Assembly: GCA_951406725.2 (NCBI GenBank)
Contig: OX597820.1
Span: 10,850,001-10,914,000, forward strand
Length of the DNA stretch: 64,000 nt
Direction of reading: 5' to 3'
DNA from: Octopus vulgaris
Lineage: Eukaryota
Shown: positions 29,080 to 40,639 of the stretch, piece after piece
How the letters are laid out: every line of letters starts with the position of its first letter
How positions within the stretch are numbered: the stretch's first letter is position 1
Translations under genes and position numbers: made by a program
Notes under the pieces: model-generated
The model's database searches: none
Told to the model about the DNA's origin: nothing
What the model saw: the letters and a program-made list of their open reading frames with translations, nothing else

Positions 29080-30180
29080 GCAACATCACTTAGTTTCCTA
29101 ACCCACGAGTATACGACAAAGAATTATCCGTGATTAAATACTGGTTGGTGAAAGTAAATCCCAAATTTATTAACCCGATGACCCTATGCAATATTAACTG
29201 TCTCGGAAGAAGTTAATCTAACACGAAACTGAATTCTCTGTGAAGTAAAAGTTATGATGTATTTGCTAGGCGTCAGTTTAACTTCAGGCATCATTGTTCA
29301 TCACCGATCTGCTAATATTGCATATATTAACAAACCTTTAAATCAATTACAAAGCGAGTTAATAATTTCTTGTCCAGTTGCTTTCCAAAGCTCTTGCGAA
29401 TTCATCTACTTCGTAATAACATTACGGCTGATCCTCTGTTTAAATTTAATCTCTATATGGTGGCATTTCAGATGGAGTAAATTGGTTAAGTAATTCTATT
29501 GTGCGGTGGTCATTATCTGCTTCGTTATCTCTAACTATCTGATCTATAGTGAAATATGTTTCGATATTTGCTTCTAGCGGTTCGAAGATTTCCTCATTTA
29601 GAGAAAGACGGACGGTGTTCTTACGAGAAAATATTACACGTCATCGGTTCTCTTCCTCTTCAAATGCTTCTCTAGAAATAGAAATTATTAAAGAATTTTC
29701 AATACACGAAAAGAATAGTGAACATCATCTGACATCACTGCAGGCATAATTGGAATGGCTCCAATTTAAAGTACAATAACCAATTTGCAAAATCCGTTTG
29801 TTCATTTATGGCTCTCATATTTTGAGTTAGGTGATATTATCAAAAACGCCGACAGAAATGAAATAGTTTGAGGCATATATTAAAACTAGCATCCTTAGAA
29901 GAATACACAACACTTGTTTGTAATCCCCCCCACTCCCGATATTATTATCCTTTCTCTAGAAATACTATCGATAACAAAATTGTCTTGAAAGTATTTATCG
30001 GTGGTATAGAACACTAAAGTAGGTATCATGAATGTTTCATCAATGAGAATCTTTGATGAGATTCTGGATCTCATAAGAATACAGACTTGCTCAAAGACAG
30101 GAGATGCAATGCAAATGCTTAAATCGTTTAAGGATTCTAGTATTTTAAATTACGATAATGTAGCAGCAATGACTTCTTCC
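29080..30180 (-). mobile_element. Decayed Helitron RepHel, PIF1-like helicase domain
   Basis: Reverse-strand motifs in the correct order across stops and frameshifts: IAATL, KILIDETFMIP, GGDYKQVL, NMRA..DFANWLL, ELLNQFTPSEMPPY-RLNLNRGSAVMLLR, VKLTPS..QRIQFRVRL..TVNIA*G..FGIYFHQPVFNHG*FFVVYSWV. Confidence 0.85.
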
Positions 30181-30614
30181 AACAGCATCTTCCGCAGCTT
30201 CAGCGCAAGTCCTGAGAGAAAGGGTGCTGGTACTTGTCCTCGTCTTGTTTGTTGTGCAAATTTTATTCCATTTGCTTTGCGGGAGCAACTGTTTTATCGC
30301 AAGCGTATATTGTTGTTAAATGCTCGAAATACGAGACTAGAAAAACAGCCAACAACTGATGACGGGTCGTTTTTTATGTTGTTTGTTTTGTTTTCCATTT
30401 GTGTCTTTTGTTGTTCGAGAGAATAGTTCATCTTCCATGTACTCGTGTTTCGTATTTTTTATTGTACACGTTTCATGACGTCCTGTGCCCACATATGCTT
30501 ATATATATACGTATAAATGTATGTACATATACGTATGTATATATGCATATATGTATATATTATTCATGTTATTATGTGTGTGTGTATGTCTGTGTGTGTG
30601 TGTGTATGTATTTG

Positions 30615-30823
30615 TGTGATTGCGTTTGTCCCACCGCTATCGCTTGATAACCGATGTTGGTGTGTTTGCGTCATCGTGACTTAGCGGCTCGACAAAAGTA
30701 CCCGATAGAATAAGTTCTTGACTATGACAAAAATTATTACTGCAAGTCGATTAGTTTGACTAAAACTCTTCAAGACGGTGCTCCAGCATGACCACAATCT
30801 AATGACACAATCAAGTAAAAGAG
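30615..30823 (+). mobile_element. SINE family A 3' half, diverged
   Basis: Tail GACGGTGCTCCAGCATGACCACAATCTAATGAC. Confidence 0.75.
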
Positions 30824-31260
30824 AAAGCTATTTATTTCTTTGTTGATAGAACTTGGAGCATTTGATTAACGCATGGCACACCTAGCAGCCATTGGACGAC
30901 CTCGAATCCACGGAAATGAAATCTTTCAGTTTATTTATGTTTGTGCAAACTTCACACCTACGCTTATCTATTCAAGAATAATCTTCCCACCTTTTCTTTC
31001 ACCTTTCTACAATCAAAACACCTGAACAGTGATACATGTCTGATTTCTGAAACCTAATTATTTTCATAACCCCGTTCGAAAGAAGACGAAACTCAGTTTT
31101 TTCTCACTCATACGGTTATACGTCACTTGGAGGCAATTCTTGTTGCTTTCTTCAGTTTCTTCCCGAAAGAAAGAAGTCAACATTTTGGTAAAGCACCATA
31201 GGTTTGTAAGTGACGGTGTATGTGTTTGTATGAGTGTATAAATCTGCAAAGATATGAATA

Positions 31261-31466
31261 CGGTAATCCCTCGTCTATCGCGGTTATTACGTTGCAAAAA
31301 CCCCGCGCGATAGGTGAAAATCCGCGAAGTAGAAACAGTACTGTATTTCTTTTTTATTATTTTTAAAATTTGCATATATTTATTTTATTATAAATGCAAA
31401 AACACACCACGGATGAATCGACGTAAGCTTAAATAATAAACCGTGATTGCTGAACCGCGATGATTG
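31261..31466. mobile_element. pogo/Tigger-like MITE
   Basis: (ta)cggtaatccctcgtctatcgcgg ... ccgcgatgattg(ta). Homologous to 33873-34089. Confidence 0.7.
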
Positions 31467-31879
31467 TATCTGTAACATTACATCGACAAAATTACATTTA
31501 ATGCACGGGGACATTTTGTATCATATAATTTGAAAGTGGACATCTAATATAAGGATAAATATTTGAAAGTGTTTGTCAATTCTATTTCTATTTTATTTTT
31601 CTCCAATTTCCACTTTATTAGATAAATACAAACACATTATCATTAATCATATAACACCATTATATATTTACTTTTCGTATTTGCAATTTGTTAAAATAGA
31701 CTTTTAGAATTAATAAAACAAGTCTAGTGAATTTTTTTCAGGTGCTTAAACTAATAATATGCAATTAATATGTTTGTAAATTAATAGTGATAGCTAAATC
31801 TTCAGGAGCACTTTTAATGAATTCAAAAACAAAAAAAAAATAAGAGGAATTCACTGAAACATACGAACAGAGTCTCTTA

Positions 31880-32097
31880 CGCGGGAGTACTGTAAAGTTC
31901 CTGGCTTTAAGAGTATCGCGAAAGGCCAAACTGAAGGCTAGACATTCCGATATCTTTTACAGGTTTCAAAAACAAAACTGAAGGACCACTGCAATAAGTG
32001 TGTGAATCTGAGAAGAGAATATGTTGAATAAAATCATAATTAACTGATCCTCCTCTATTTTCTTGTACTCAAAGCGAGGCACTTTCCAGCGCCCTCT
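31880..32097 (+). mobile_element. Small mariner-derived MITE
   Basis: Degenerate TIRs. Internal CNKCVNLRREYVE* is a mariner transposase C-terminus. Confidence 0.6.
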
Positions 32098-32664
32098 GCT
32101 TAATATTTTAGCTCTCATTCGTTTCCCTCCTTCGTGTTCTAAAATTATATTTTACTCAATTATATATGTATGCTGTTAAACTTTTTAACTTGTCTCAGTC
32201 ATTAGACTGAAGCCATACTGGGACACCATACAGCGTTAAGGCTATATGACAGATAAACGTTATGAAACCTCTCTTTCCTTTATCTTATATTTGTTTCTGT
32301 TTGTGGACTTCGGCCATGTTGGAGTACTGACTTGAAGGGTTTCTTTCTTGTCGAACAAAACGGTCCCAGTAAATAGTATTTATTTTTTAAAGTCTGGTAC
32401 TTAACCTACCGAATTCGTTTGCCTAAATGCAAATTTACGAGGACGTAAACAAACCAACACTTGCAGTCAATGGGTAGGAGGGCACAAACGCCTACACAAA
32501 GACTCATACAAACACACAAAACATGCACACGCGCGCGCATACGCATACACATGTATAATTATAATTGACAAAGCTTATGTAGGTGTTTCTAACACCCTAG
32601 TCACATTTAGTGACAATTATAGTTTTCCTTTTTGATAAAGCATTGCACACTGCTGTCTATATTA

Positions 32665-32706
<42 letters not shown>

Positions 32707-32733
32707 ACACACACATATATATATATATATATT

Positions 32734-33187
32734 ACAATGATAAATCTCAGAGCGAGTTATAGACAGTAGCTACAACACATCGTGACGTATATTTGCCATT
32801 GAAATATGGCTAACCCCTAAGGGTGGATGCTACTGTAGTTTGTAGCCCCAGGAGGCCACCGCCTCCAGCTGGTTATAGACACATTTTCTGTGCCCTATCA
32901 GTATTTGCAAAGGGAAGCCATCCTTCCCGTCTCCAACTTATGATACACGCGTTCTCGAGTTTCTGGTTATTGACCCGTCATTGGCGTGTGACAATCACAG
33001 TCGTCGATGAGAAGTAGATTCCCTTCACAAATACTTATACCTTTCTCCAGTATCGATAGACACTGATATCGAAAAAGTGTAAACAAGCGATAATAAATCT
33101 CAGAGCGAGTTATAAACAGTAGCTACAACACATTATATACTTCAAATGACAAATATACGTCACGATATATACGTATATATTTGCCAT
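32734..33187. mobile_element. Repeat family E: unit of about 350 bp with terminal redundancy, PLE-like
   Basis: 40-bp direct repeat 32741-32780 / 33094-33133, followed by an inverted fragment. Homologues at 36420, 57590 and 59331. Confidence 0.65.
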
Positions 33188-33629
33188 TACAGTTCTATAT
33201 TTAAGTGATGAGGAATTATGTACATTATTTACAATTGACGGATATTTGTCATCTTGTTTGCTGTTAACGCAATGTTTCGGCTGATATACCCTCCAGCCTT
33301 CATCATGTGTCTTGTGGAAATTTCGAACCTGGGTTCTCATTCCTAAGGTATTTTTCGATGTTATTATTAATTACTATATTCTTTTGCCTGGAATCGAACT
33401 CGGAATCCGCGCTCTTAACCACTACGTCATATGCCCGTGGGCAATTATGGAGTGAATTTTAGGGCTTATAAATCTAATATTCTCCTATCCTTCCTTACTA
33501 CCGGTTCCCATATGCTGTTCATATCTGCACTTTGTCTGCTTAGGAGGTTGTTGTGTCCTAGCATATGTCCTGCTTCTTTTAGTTTTCGTTTCTTCCAGTG
33601 GTGTTATTTAACTTCTTCCTACCGGGAAT
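33186..33629 (-). mobile_element. Penelope-like element 3' end: GIY-YIG C-terminus, tRNA-like A/B boxes, short AAT tract, hammerhead-like motif at 33266-33311
   Basis: HHWKKRKLKEAGHMLGHNNLLSRQSADMNSIWEPVV; then TGACGTAGTGGTTAAGAGCGCGG and GAGTTCGATTCC; then gacac-ATGATGA-a-ggctgg..tcagcc-GAAAC. Confidence 0.8.
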
Positions 33630-33637
33630 GTATATAT

Positions 33638-33857
33638 CAGTGCTTTTCAAACTTTTTGCTGGAGCGGAACCCCAAGGAAACATTTCACTGGCTCGAGGAA
33701 CCCCTGTGCTATAATTTAATTGTCTTATGCACACATATCTGCACATGAGAATTTAAAAATTACTGTCGATTTTTGCATTTTTGTAACTTCTTGCGGAACC
33801 CCTGGACAGTACTGGCGGAACCCTGAGGTTCCGCGGAACCTTGGTTGAAAACCACTG
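33638..33857. mobile_element. hAT (Charlie-like) MITE
   Basis: TIRs cagtgcttttcaa / ttgaaaaccactg, 8-bp TSD gtatatat, subterminal ggaacc repeats. Confidence 0.88.
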
Positions 33858-33872
33858 GTATATATATATATA

Positions 33873-34086
33873 CAGAAAATCCTCGCCTATCGCGGGTGTT
33901 GTTCCGAAACCCCACGCAATAGGCAAAAGTCCGCGAAGTAGAAGCAGTACTCCACTGTATATATTTCTTTTTTTCATAATTAGTATATATTTTTTTTACT
34001 ATGAAAGCAAAACAACACCACGGAGGAATCGACGGAAGCTTAACTAATAAGCCACGATAGGTGAACCGCGATATAGTGCGGGATTA

Positions 34087-34089
<3 letters not shown>
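33873..34089. mobile_element. pogo/Tigger-like MITE
   Basis: TIR cagaaaatcctcgcctatcgcgg / ccgcgatatagtgcgggattactg, with TA flanks. Confidence 0.78.
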
Positions 34090-34132
<43 letters not shown>

Positions 34133-34819
34133 GTGTGTGTAATATTACGAGTTTCCATATAGTTTTCGTCAACAAAATTCACTCAGAAAGCATAAGTTTT
34201 CTAGGAATTATAGTAGATGACACCTGCGCAAGGTGACGTGTTGTGGGACTGAACACGCACAAAAAATCTTAAACTATGTGGTTGCAAAGCGCGGTTCTTA
34301 ATACATAGCCATGCTTACGCCATTTAGAATATATCGACTGAATATCTGTGAATTTGTGCCAATATATCAAATAAATCAATATTCTAGAAAACGAAAAATT
34401 AACTCCAAGATTAAGATCGAATTAAAGCTAATTAGTGAGAAATATAAAAGTAAATTTTTTTTTCAACATTTGTAAATGTAATTAATGGAAACGGATAAGA
34501 ACAAAAATTAGCAAATTTTGTCGCTTTTCCTTTAATCCATGAAAACAATAATTAGTACAAAAATTTATTCTAGTTTGGCAGATTTCAATCTAGGGAAGAG
34601 TTTCATTGGAAGTGTATCATCGGTGCAAACCGTTCTTGAAGTAGATTTTAAATATTCATTTATTTTATTTCATTTTGAATTGTGCCTGTGTTTTTTTTTT
34701 TTTGTTTATTGCCAATCATTTCATTAGATTTTTCAGTGAAGCAAAAGTCATTTAGTCAGGTGCGCGTGATTGAGTATGCGTACGTGTGATTTAATGTGTG
34801 TTAGCATGGTAATGGCAAG

Positions 34820-34875
<56 letters not shown>

Positions 34876-34882
34876 TTATATA

Positions 34883-35199
34883 TTTCGTTTGGGATTTGGT
34901 TTGCAAGGTACTTTATATGAGTTCATGTGTTGAAGTACATTCTGTTGTGTCTGGGGAGAGTCATTTCCTTTTGTGCCTTATAATGTAACACACTCACTGG
35001 TAAAATTTCCACTTATTTCTTATTTTTATTTTCCTAAAATTTTCGTTGCATCTTGCAACCTTCAAGACTATTGAAAAGGGTTGCAAGATGCAACGAAAAT
35101 TTTAGGAAAATAAAAATATGAAATAAGTGGAAATTTTACCGGTGAGTGTGTTACATTATAAGGCACAAAAAAAGCAAATGACTCTCCCCAGACACAACA
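34883..35199. mobile_element. PLE-like terminal repeat as a fold-back (arms 34943-35060 / 35079-35199)
   Basis: Near-perfect inverted repeat of about 118 bp. Contains CTATTGA..gttgc-aagat-gcaac-GAAA, a hammerhead-like variant. Confidence 0.7.
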
Positions 35200-35327
35200 A
35201 TATATATATATATATATATATAAATTTATATATATATATTGTGTATGTGTGTATGTGTGTGTGTAAATGCATATATATAGAGTAAGATTGTTACTTTAAT
35301 TTTAAAAAATTAATCGGTCAACATATA

Positions 35328-35475
35328 GGCGTAGGAGTGGCTGTGTGGTAAGTACCTTGCTTACCAACCAATGTTTCCGGGTTCAGTCCCACTGCGTGGC
35401 ACCTTCTACTATAGCCTCGGGCCGACCAAAGTCTTGTGAGTGGATTTGGTAGACGAAACTGAATGAAGCCCGTCG

Positions 35476-35524
<49 letters not shown>

Positions 35525-35737
35525 TTTTTGTGTCTGTGTTTGTCTCCCCAGCAACGCTTGACAATCGATGTTGTTGTGCTTACGTCCCCGTAACTTAGCA
35601 GTTCGGCAAAACAGACCGGTAGAATAAGTACTAGGCTTACAAGGAATAAGTCCTTGGGTCGATTCGTTCGACTAAAAAGGCAGTGCTCCAGCATGGACGT
35701 TGTCAAATGCCTGAAACAAGCAAAAGAACAAAAGAAT
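35328..35737 (+). mobile_element. SINE family A, full length
   Basis: Head, microsatellite and tail present. Confidence 0.9.
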
Positions 35738-35867
35738 ATTCTCAAGCTTGCACAGACAAAGACACATTTCTTTGAAAGCCAAAAATCTCTTAGACACAAT
35801 CCCACACTTACATAAACAAATTCACACTCATATATACATGTAAATGTATAGATGTGTTTATATATAA

Positions 35868-36205
35868 GAGGGACATAAGTCATTACTACCAAAATTTCAC
35901 TAATCATACCTGATGCAGTCTTCGAAGCAGGACATTAAAAAAATGAATTTAGTTCTATATCACCTGTGATTTCACACTTAACGCATCAAATACGTCTATG
36001 TTCATCAGTAGAACTGATTCTGAACATATCATAAATAAACGATCAATATACCTGGCGAAGTCGAACAGACATCTGCTCTCTCCGGCGAAGCACATGGAAA
36101 TGTTTATAAATCATATATTCGGTAAATGGCGGGCTTTCTCTAACTGCATGTCGGTAGTAATGACTTTGGTAGTAATGACTTTGGTCGTAATGACTTATGT
36201 CCCTC
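35868..36205. mobile_element. TIR MITE, possibly Kolobok-like
   Basis: 26-bp TIRs gagggacataagtcattactaccaaa. Flanks ataa / ttag resemble a degenerate TTAA. A 15-bp TIR-derived unit is triplicated at the right end. Confidence 0.6.
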
Positions 36206-36419
36206 TTAGTGTGAGGCATTTATGTGTAATAATGCCCTCTATACAATATAAATTAATATTTTCAAAAAGAAAAAAAATTATTTTCGAAATTTTTTTCTCT
36301 TATGAGGTTTTTCACGCTAACTACCTGATAATTTCTTGTTAAGATTTCTTATTAAGAAGTTATCCTTAATTGTTAAATTTATATATATATATGTATATAT
36401 ATATACATATATATATATA

Positions 36420-36663
36420 ACAATGATAAATATCAAAGTGAGTTATATACAGTAGCGGTAACACATCGTGACGTATTTTTGCCATTTCAATATGGCTAAC
36501 CCCTAAGGGTGGATGCTACTGTAGTTTTTAGCCCCAGGAGGACACACTCCTCCAGCTGGCCAATACACACACTATCTGTGTCCTGTCAGTATTTGCAAAG
36601 GGAAGTCATCCTTCCCGTCTTCATAAGTTGAAGACGGGAAGGATGACTTCTTTGCAAATACTG
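36420..36663. mobile_element. Repeat family E copy ending in a fold-back
   Basis: Homologous to 32734-32931. Inverted arms 36587-36623 / 36629-36663. Confidence 0.7.
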
Positions 36664-36908
36664 CTCTATGGAGACATGAAATTTTTAAGCATAAAGATAA
36701 AGGAAGCCTGATTAATAATAGATAAGACCTTAGAGTATCATGCGTACATAGTGTCACCCGTACCTTTAATTTATTTCGAAAGTATCACTTTATTGATTTT
36801 GTGATTGTACTGTCTTTGATGGATATTTACTTTTAATATTTTAGTTTGAAATTAAAGTACATTGCATTGATTACAATATAATAAAAGCTATATGGTATAG
36901 TTAGTTAG

Positions 36909-37147
36909 AAGGCGGCGAGCTGGCAGAAACGTTAGCACGCCGGGCGAAATGCATAACCGTATTTCGTCTGCCGTCACGTTCTGAGTTCAAATTCCGCCGA
37001 GGTCGACTTTGTCTGTCATCCTTTCGGGGTCGATTAAATAAGTACCAGCTATGCACTGGGGTCGATATAATCGACTTAATCCGTTTGTCTGTCCTTGTTT
37101 TTCCTCTCTCTGTTTAGCCCCTTGTGGGTAGTAAAGAAATAGAAATA
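36909..37147 (+). mobile_element. SINE family B monomer with 15-bp TSD
   Basis: TSD ggtatagttagttag at 36894-36908 and 37148-37162. Confidence 0.93.
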
Positions 37148-38114
37148 GGTATAGTTAGTTAGTGTGCTAAACAAGGTTAGTATACTATCTACAGAAAATT
37201 TTCCTGCCTAGTTGATCAAATTTTATATGATTTTAGTAATTACTTTATCCCTTTCTTAAAGTGTTCCACTCTCATGATCTTAGTAATAATAAGGGCCTTT
37301 TTTGTAAGTGGCACTCCTAATTAAGCACCCCTAAGTAATTACAATATCAGGTATGGATTAACACACAAAAAACTTTTAAAACATGTAATATAGCTCTTAG
37401 TTTAAAATTAGTATATTGTTAGTATGTCCAACAACATCAATATTCCTTTAGTTATTACCAGATAATCAGTCTTTATAAATACAAGCTAAATAAGTAAATA
37501 AACAATTTTTAGTTTTAAATACTTCAATTATTATACATTTTCTATAAGTCTTCTCTATTGATGTTGCTAAGTTGTATATATACTTCATTAGGGTTTTTGG
37601 TGATTAAGGTATTTTATTCCTTATCTATTGTGTTTTACCCTACCTGATCATTTTAAGATTTTTTAATACTTTATAACTGCCTTTAGATAAATCTAAATTT
37701 TTGTACCCCTATAAATTCATACTTAGCTTATATAAAACAATATGGGTATCTTCACAACTTAAAAGTAAACTGCTTAGATTATGATTTAATTAATTTATAG
37801 TAAATTTATTCTTTCGCCTAAATGCTAAATCTTCTTGATAACCCTAAATTTTAACTTTATACAATATGGCTATATTGTTTAAAATAGTTGTAGTAATTAC
37901 TTTATTTATCCCTTTCTTAGACTGTTCCACCCTCCTACCCTCCTGATCTTAATATATACATTGGCCTTTATATAAGTAGGCCTTCAAAATAAGTACTCCT
38001 TGTCAAGACCTCAGGTCTGTTGAATAAAAGAGGAATAGAAAACTTATTGTTACCTCTAACACTTTTAATAGTCTCCAGAAATCACGAGAGCTTACTTCCT
38101 GGAATTTTAAGGTT

Positions 38115-38556
38115 ATTTTGGCACAAGGCCAACTATTTCGGGAGACGGGTATGTCCATTAAATCGACTACAGTGCTCAACTGGTTTTTATTTTATTGACC
38201 TCGAAAGGATGAAAGGCAAAGTCAACCTAGGCGGAATTTGAACTCAGAGCGGACGAAATACCGCTAAGCACTTTGCATGGCGTCTTAACGATTCTGCCAA
38301 CGCCACGACAGATGAGTGAAATCGGTCTCAGTGGCAGATTGCTAAATAATCTTTTCTACTATAGGCTCAATGCCTGCATTTTTGTGGGGAGGAGAGCAAT
38401 CGATCAGATAGACCCCCAGTACTTGACTGGTACTTAATTTATCGACCCCGAAAGAATGAAAAGCAAAATCAACCTCGGCAGAATTTGAACTCAGAACGTA
38501 GCGACAGACGAAATACGCATTTCACCCGGCGTGCTAACGATTCGGCCAGCTCGCCC
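38115..38556 (-). mobile_element. Two older SINE B-related copies with an alternative tail
   Basis: Family B head and central domain, with a different 3' end. Confidence 0.75.
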
Positions 38557-38953
38557 TCTTCGGCGTGCTAAATAATAATATGTTATTCTGCTTCCATGGT
38601 TGTTGATGTTTGGGTCAAGGCATGCTCTGACTCAGCAAGCATATGATCGTAGGCGTCGAACCGTGACTATCCCGACTGATACCACGGCATTGTGTACATA
38701 GAAATACATTAATGATTACATTCAGTTTAGAGACAAAAGGGTACAATCTGAATAAGATTTAACCGGCATTGTTCCATAGTCACATCTCCCAGTGGCGTAA
38801 ATGTCATATTGTGAAGTAATCTGTTGAACGTTGGGATTACAATCGATGTTGTGGAACGGTGAATTGAAGCGGAATCATATGTTTGCTTGCTGTTAATGAC
38901 AGTAACATAAAACGAAAACGTAATGATAGTTAATATGTTATTATTTCTAAAGC

Positions 38954-39244
38954 GGTGGAGGCACATAGCCTAGTGGTTAGAACAGCGAACTCGCGGTCGA
39001 GGGATCGCGGGTTCGAATCTCAGACCGAGCGATGTGTGTGTTTATGAGCGAAACACCCGAGCTCCACGCGTCTTCAGTAGAAGGTAATGGCGAACTTCTG
39101 CTAACTCTTTCGCTACAGCTTTCTCTCAATCTTTCCTCCTGCATCTTGCAGCTCACCTGCGACGGACCGGCGCAACCTATTCGCCAAAGAAAACGGGAAA
39201 CCGGCTCTAATGAGCCAGGCGTGGCTCGAGAAGGAACAAACACC
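38954..39244 (+). mobile_element. SINE: head/body C + tail 3, with 8-bp TSD
   Basis: B box GGTTCGAATC. TSD tctaaagc at 38946-38953 and 39245-39252. Tail cctgcgacggaccggcg..gggaaaccgg..atgagcc is shared with 42730-42805. Confidence 0.85.
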
Positions 39245-39361
39245 TCTAAAGCATGTGAAGGGAACCTACAAGGATTTTTACCTGCAAGAAATAAGAATTA
39301 AAAGTCATACTCTATCCTTTAACGAAACGAAGGATAATCTGCATTATATTGATTAAATATA

Positions 39362-39910
39362 CAAGGGTGAGTTAAAAAGTAATGTCACTTTGTTTAGGAC
39401 AGGTATAATTACCAACACAGGAACATGTATAATACATCAAAATGAAGCTGGTCCCCTGTGAATCACATCTCTACTTCCCAACATAGTCACCGTTTCTCTC
39501 AATAGCAATGTTCCACCTTCGAATGAGAGCATTTATCTCTGCCCCATAAAATTCTGTTGACTGTTTTTTGAGCCACTTCTTCACTACAGTTTTCAGTTCC
39601 TCATCACTGGAATAATGTTTGCCTCTCAAACCCTCTCTCATGGGGCCGAAGAGATGATAATCCAGTGACGAAGAATTGAAAACTGTAGTGAAGAAGTGGC
39701 TCAAAGAACAGTCAACAGAATTTTACGGGGCATGGATACATGCTCTCATTCGAAGGTACAACATTGCTATTGAGAGAAACGGTGACTATGTTGAGAAGTA
39801 GGGATGTGATCCACTGAGGACCAGCTTCATTTTGACGTATGATACATGTTCCTGTGTTAGAAATTATACCTGTCCTAAACAAAATGGCATTACTTTTAGA
39901 CTCACCCTTG
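39362..39910. mobile_element. Fold-back mariner MITE made of two inverted 3' ends
   Basis: Arms of about 250 bp (39362-39611 / 39661-39910) and TA TSD. DYHLFGPMREGLRGKHYSSDEELKTVVKKWL..RRWNIAIERNGDYV is a mariner C-terminus. Confidence 0.92.
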
Positions 39911-40043
39911 TATATTATACAACGGTGAGTCAAAAAGTACTTCTGGTGGGTTTTTACCTCTACATTTTGTTCTGCACTAATATAGACACTCAATAAAAAT
40001 TTTACATTTGTTCAGCATATTGCAGTCTAGGATTCTAGTCACC

Positions 40044-40245
40044 TTTCTTCTTCTTCTTCTTCTTCTTCTTCTTCTTCTTCTTCTTCTTCTTCTTCTTCTT
40101 CTTCTTCTTCTTCTTCTTCTTCTTCTTCTTCTTCTTCTTCTTCTTCGTCGTCTTCTTCTTCTTCTTCTTCTTCTTCTTCTTCTTTTTCTTCTTCTTCTTC
40201 TTCTTCTTTTTCTTCTTCTTCTTCTTCTTCTTCTTCTTCTTCTTC
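40044..40245. repeat. (TTC)n microsatellite
   Basis: Directly visible. Confidence 0.97.
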
Positions 40246-40528
40246 CAATACTACAATAACACCAGGAGTTTTTGGTGCATTGGGAATGATAAAGAGGGGG
40301 GCTGAAAAGTATATTAAGCAACTCCCTGGTAACTCCAATGTCCGTGATCTACAAAAGATAACCTTGATGGGCAGAGCCCGTATATTAAGGGAGGTACTCT
40401 CTACCTCTGAACTGGAATAAATGTGGTGATAATGAAAAGCAAAACAAAAGTGCCCTTGCTACTCTTGGCCTCCGGAGGGTGCCCGGTACTAAGGCAGCTG
40501 AAATAACATTATAATGAAAGGAAACCAT
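40246..40528 (+). mobile_element. Short 3' fragment of an R4/Dong-like RLE retrotransposon
   Basis: TITPGVFGALGMIKRGAEKYIKQLPGNSNVRDLQKITLMGRARILREVLS, homologous to the C-terminus at 41500-41658. Followed by (TAA)n. Confidence 0.85.
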
Positions 40529-40553
40529 AAATAATAATAATAATAATGATAAT

Positions 40554-40637
<84 letters not shown>

Positions 40638-40639
40638 CA

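Noticed and set aside
36664-38110. Mitochondrial insertion (NUMT)
   Set aside because: The AT-rich look is suggestive, but I found no recognisable rRNA, tRNA or OXPHOS motif.
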